A DNA stretch of 26,796 bases from Chthoniobacterales bacterium (GTDB lineage Bacteria > Verrucomicrobiota > Verrucomicrobiia > Chthoniobacterales > JACTMZ01): the NCBI GenBank assembly GCA_044371145.1, contig JBILUI010000013.1:1-26796 (forward strand), read 5' to 3'. The notes under the pieces are model-generated. The model was not told the DNA's origin and searched no databases. It was given only the letters and a program-made list of their open reading frames with translations. A program made the position numbers and the translations under genes. Of this stretch, positions 25,378 to 26,796 are shown piece by piece (positions within the stretch are counted from its first letter, which is position 1; each line of letters opens with the position of its first letter).

Positions 25378-26796
25378 TTACTGACCGTTGGTCGGCTGCA
25401 GGGTGAAGCGGAGGCGCATGAAGGTCTGCGCATTGGACGAGGCATTGATGGTGTAGATGCGGCGCTCAAAGCCCGCGGACACGCCGACCTGGTTGGTATG
25501 TGGCGCTCCAGACAGCGGTGTTCCGGACCAGCCGGACGAGATGTTGGTCGAAGTCTGCACGTGCGAGCTCAAGCGCTGATCATTGGTTCGCACCACGGCG
25601 GTCAACGAGAGCCTCGAGCCCGGCTCGAGGTAAGGCATGAGAGCTTGGTCGTTACTCGAGGACGTTCCGCCGATGCCATATTCAGTCAGAGCCGGGATGC
25701 CATCGAAGTCGATGTCACTGGTGGCCGACTGGCCAGGGAATGTCTGCTCGAAAGACGGCTGCGAACTCTGGCTGACGAAGATGGTCTGCGTGACATCCGT
25801 TGCCGCCGAGTAGTTGTCGTCGCCCGCCTGCTTGGCCGTGATGATGACTTCGCCCGGACCGCTGAGCGTGAGAATGCTGCCGTTGACCGAGGCCGCGGAG
25901 GCGTTCGAAGAGGTATAATTCACGGTCAACCCCGAGGACGCAGATCCGGTCAAGGTCACCGGTGAATCGCTGGTGGAGAGCGTGTTGTCGGCAACCTCGA
26001 AGGTGATGGTTTGGGACGCCTTATCGAATGTGATGGTTTTGTTTTCGGAAGACGCACCTTCGCGGTCAGCCGTGGCCGCTACTGTGGCACGGACAACGAC
26101 CGAACCTGTGCCCGAGTTGATGGTTAACTGGTTACCGACGAGCGTGACTTTGTTCGTATCCCCGGAGACCAGCGAATAGATAACCGGTGCGGCGGGCGAG
26201 ACCGTTGCGCTCAGGGCCACGGTCGTGCCGAAAGTAGCAGACTGCGGCGGCAGAAAGCTGATGGCGGGCGCCGAGCGGTCCACCAATTGCAGGTATTGGG
26301 CTTGGTAGCTCCCGGTGACGGCGGAGGAGTTCGGAAGGCCCACGAAGAGGCCGTTGTCGATGAGGTCGGCTCCGGTGCGATTGTTCGTCCAAACATAGGT
26401 GTTCGGGTTCGTTGCGTAATCGTCCGAGAGCAGATCCTTCACGTTGTAACTGCGACCGCGATCGATGCCGAAGTAGTTGAGATCCGTTCCGGGCACCTTG
26501 GCGTTGAGATCGTAGGTGGCCGCCACATTGGTATTGGCCCACGGATTGTTGTTAACGAATGCGAAGACCACGCTGTTGCCGGCAGCCCCGGCGGATTGCC
26601 CGAGGTTCCGGACTTTGCCCACAGCGAAGATGTTGTCGTCGTAGCCGCCGTTGGTTTGCCTTTTGTTCAGGTAGTAGACGTTTTGGCTCATCAATGCCGG
26701 GGCATTGAGGCGGGCGCGATTCATGCGGCCGTAGAAATCCTGCAAACGCCACTCGTCCGACGTCCGGTTGGTCCAGACGGAAGACATGTGGTTGTA
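25378..26796 (-). CDS. C-terminal part of a large secreted/surface protein (5' end beyond the right edge): possible alpha-amylase-like glycosidase C-terminal region, two Ig-like repeats and a C-terminal sorting-like module
   Basis: The frame stays open to the window edge (..YNHMSSVW..). RMNRARLNAPALMSQ...NSVVFAFVNNN resembles the post-catalytic region of GH13-type enzymes; this is a weak call. Two ~80-aa repeats follow (..TVALSATVSPAAPVIYSLVSGD..VVVRATVAAT.. and ..VTLTGSASSGLTVNYTSSN..VIITAKQAGDDNYSAAT..). The tail DGIPALTEYGIGG...FMRLRFTL resembles C-terminal modules common in verrucomicrobial surface proteins. Confidence 0.65.
   Translation of the reverse strand, partial: YNHMSSVWTNRTSDEWRLQDFYGRMNRARLNAPALMSQNVYYLNKRQTNGGYDDNIFAVGKVRNLGQSAGAAGNSVVFAFVNNNPWANTNVAATYDLNAKVPGTDLNYFGIDRGRSYNVKDLLSDDYATNPNTYVWTNNRTGADLIDNGLFVGLPNSSAVTGSYQAQYLQLVDRSAPAISFLPPQSATFGTTVALSATVSPAAPVIYSLVSGDTNKVTLVGNQLTINSGTGSVVVRATVAATADREGASSENKTITFDKASQTITFEVADNTLSTSDSPVTLTGSASSGLTVNYTSSNASAASVNGSILTLSGPGEVIITAKQAGDDNYSAATDVTQTIFVSQSSQPSFEQTFPGQSATSDIDFDGIPALTEYGIGGTSSSNDQALMPYLEPGSRLSLTAVVRTNDQRLSSHVQTSTNISSGWSGTPLSGAPHTNQVGVSAGFERRIYTINASSNAQTFMRLRFTLQPTNGQ

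Noticed and set aside
1-26796. Search for tRNA/rRNA genes, CRISPR arrays, transposases/integrases, toxin-antitoxin pairs or defence-island genes.
   Set aside because: None were found. The intergenic regions are few and short, and the only repeated spacers are the REP-like units. All sizeable ORFs are accounted for by housekeeping or the described genes.

Overview
GC-rich bacterial chromosomal window that is almost entirely coding. I call 27 protein genes and saw no rRNA, tRNA, CRISPR array, transposase or integrase. The gene content and the C-terminal module of a surface protein suggest a Verrucomicrobiota/Opitutae-like genome, but I could not verify this. All product calls come from motifs I recognise in the supplied or hand-made translations; no database search was possible.

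Gene order, left to right:
- The 5' part of a PMT/TMTC-like membrane protein (-).
- A Fur-family regulator followed by sufC-sufB-sufD (-).
- Divergent from that, a metal-chelate ABC importer (binding protein, ATPase, permease) running with short gaps or overlaps into osmC-hisD-folP (+).
- pyrH-frr plus a cysteine-less thioredoxin-fold secreted protein (-).
- A stand-alone Lon N-terminal-domain protein and xseA (+), then aat (-), then cysI (+).
- A tightly coupled four-gene operon (-): PHP phosphoesterase, an 845-aa fusion of a circularly permuted ATP-grasp domain with an alpha-E domain, and two transglutaminase-like cysteine peptidases.
- ppgK-aroB-hemW (+).
- A lipoprotein and the 3' part of a large Ig-repeat surface protein (-).

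Best candidate for an uncharacterised system: the PHP / ATP-grasp-alpha-E / double-transglutaminase operon at 16587-21562. Its core neighbourhood has been noted in comparative genomics but, to my knowledge, has no established biochemistry. The tightly linked PHP gene is an extra partner.

Other non-obvious signals:
- A REP/MITE-like inverted-repeat family (core TGTAGCGGCGG) sits at two convergent gene junctions. One copy supplies a stop codon.
- An AT-rich array of AAGAAT/ATTCTT hexamers forms overlapping perfect palindromes in the divergent promoter region between the Fur-family gene and the ABC importer.
- A 4x heptamer tandem repeat lies inside the hemW 5' coding region.
- Two convergent gene pairs have abutting or overlapping stop codons.

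Many long ORFs in the track are antisense or out-of-frame artefacts of high GC content and were rejected.
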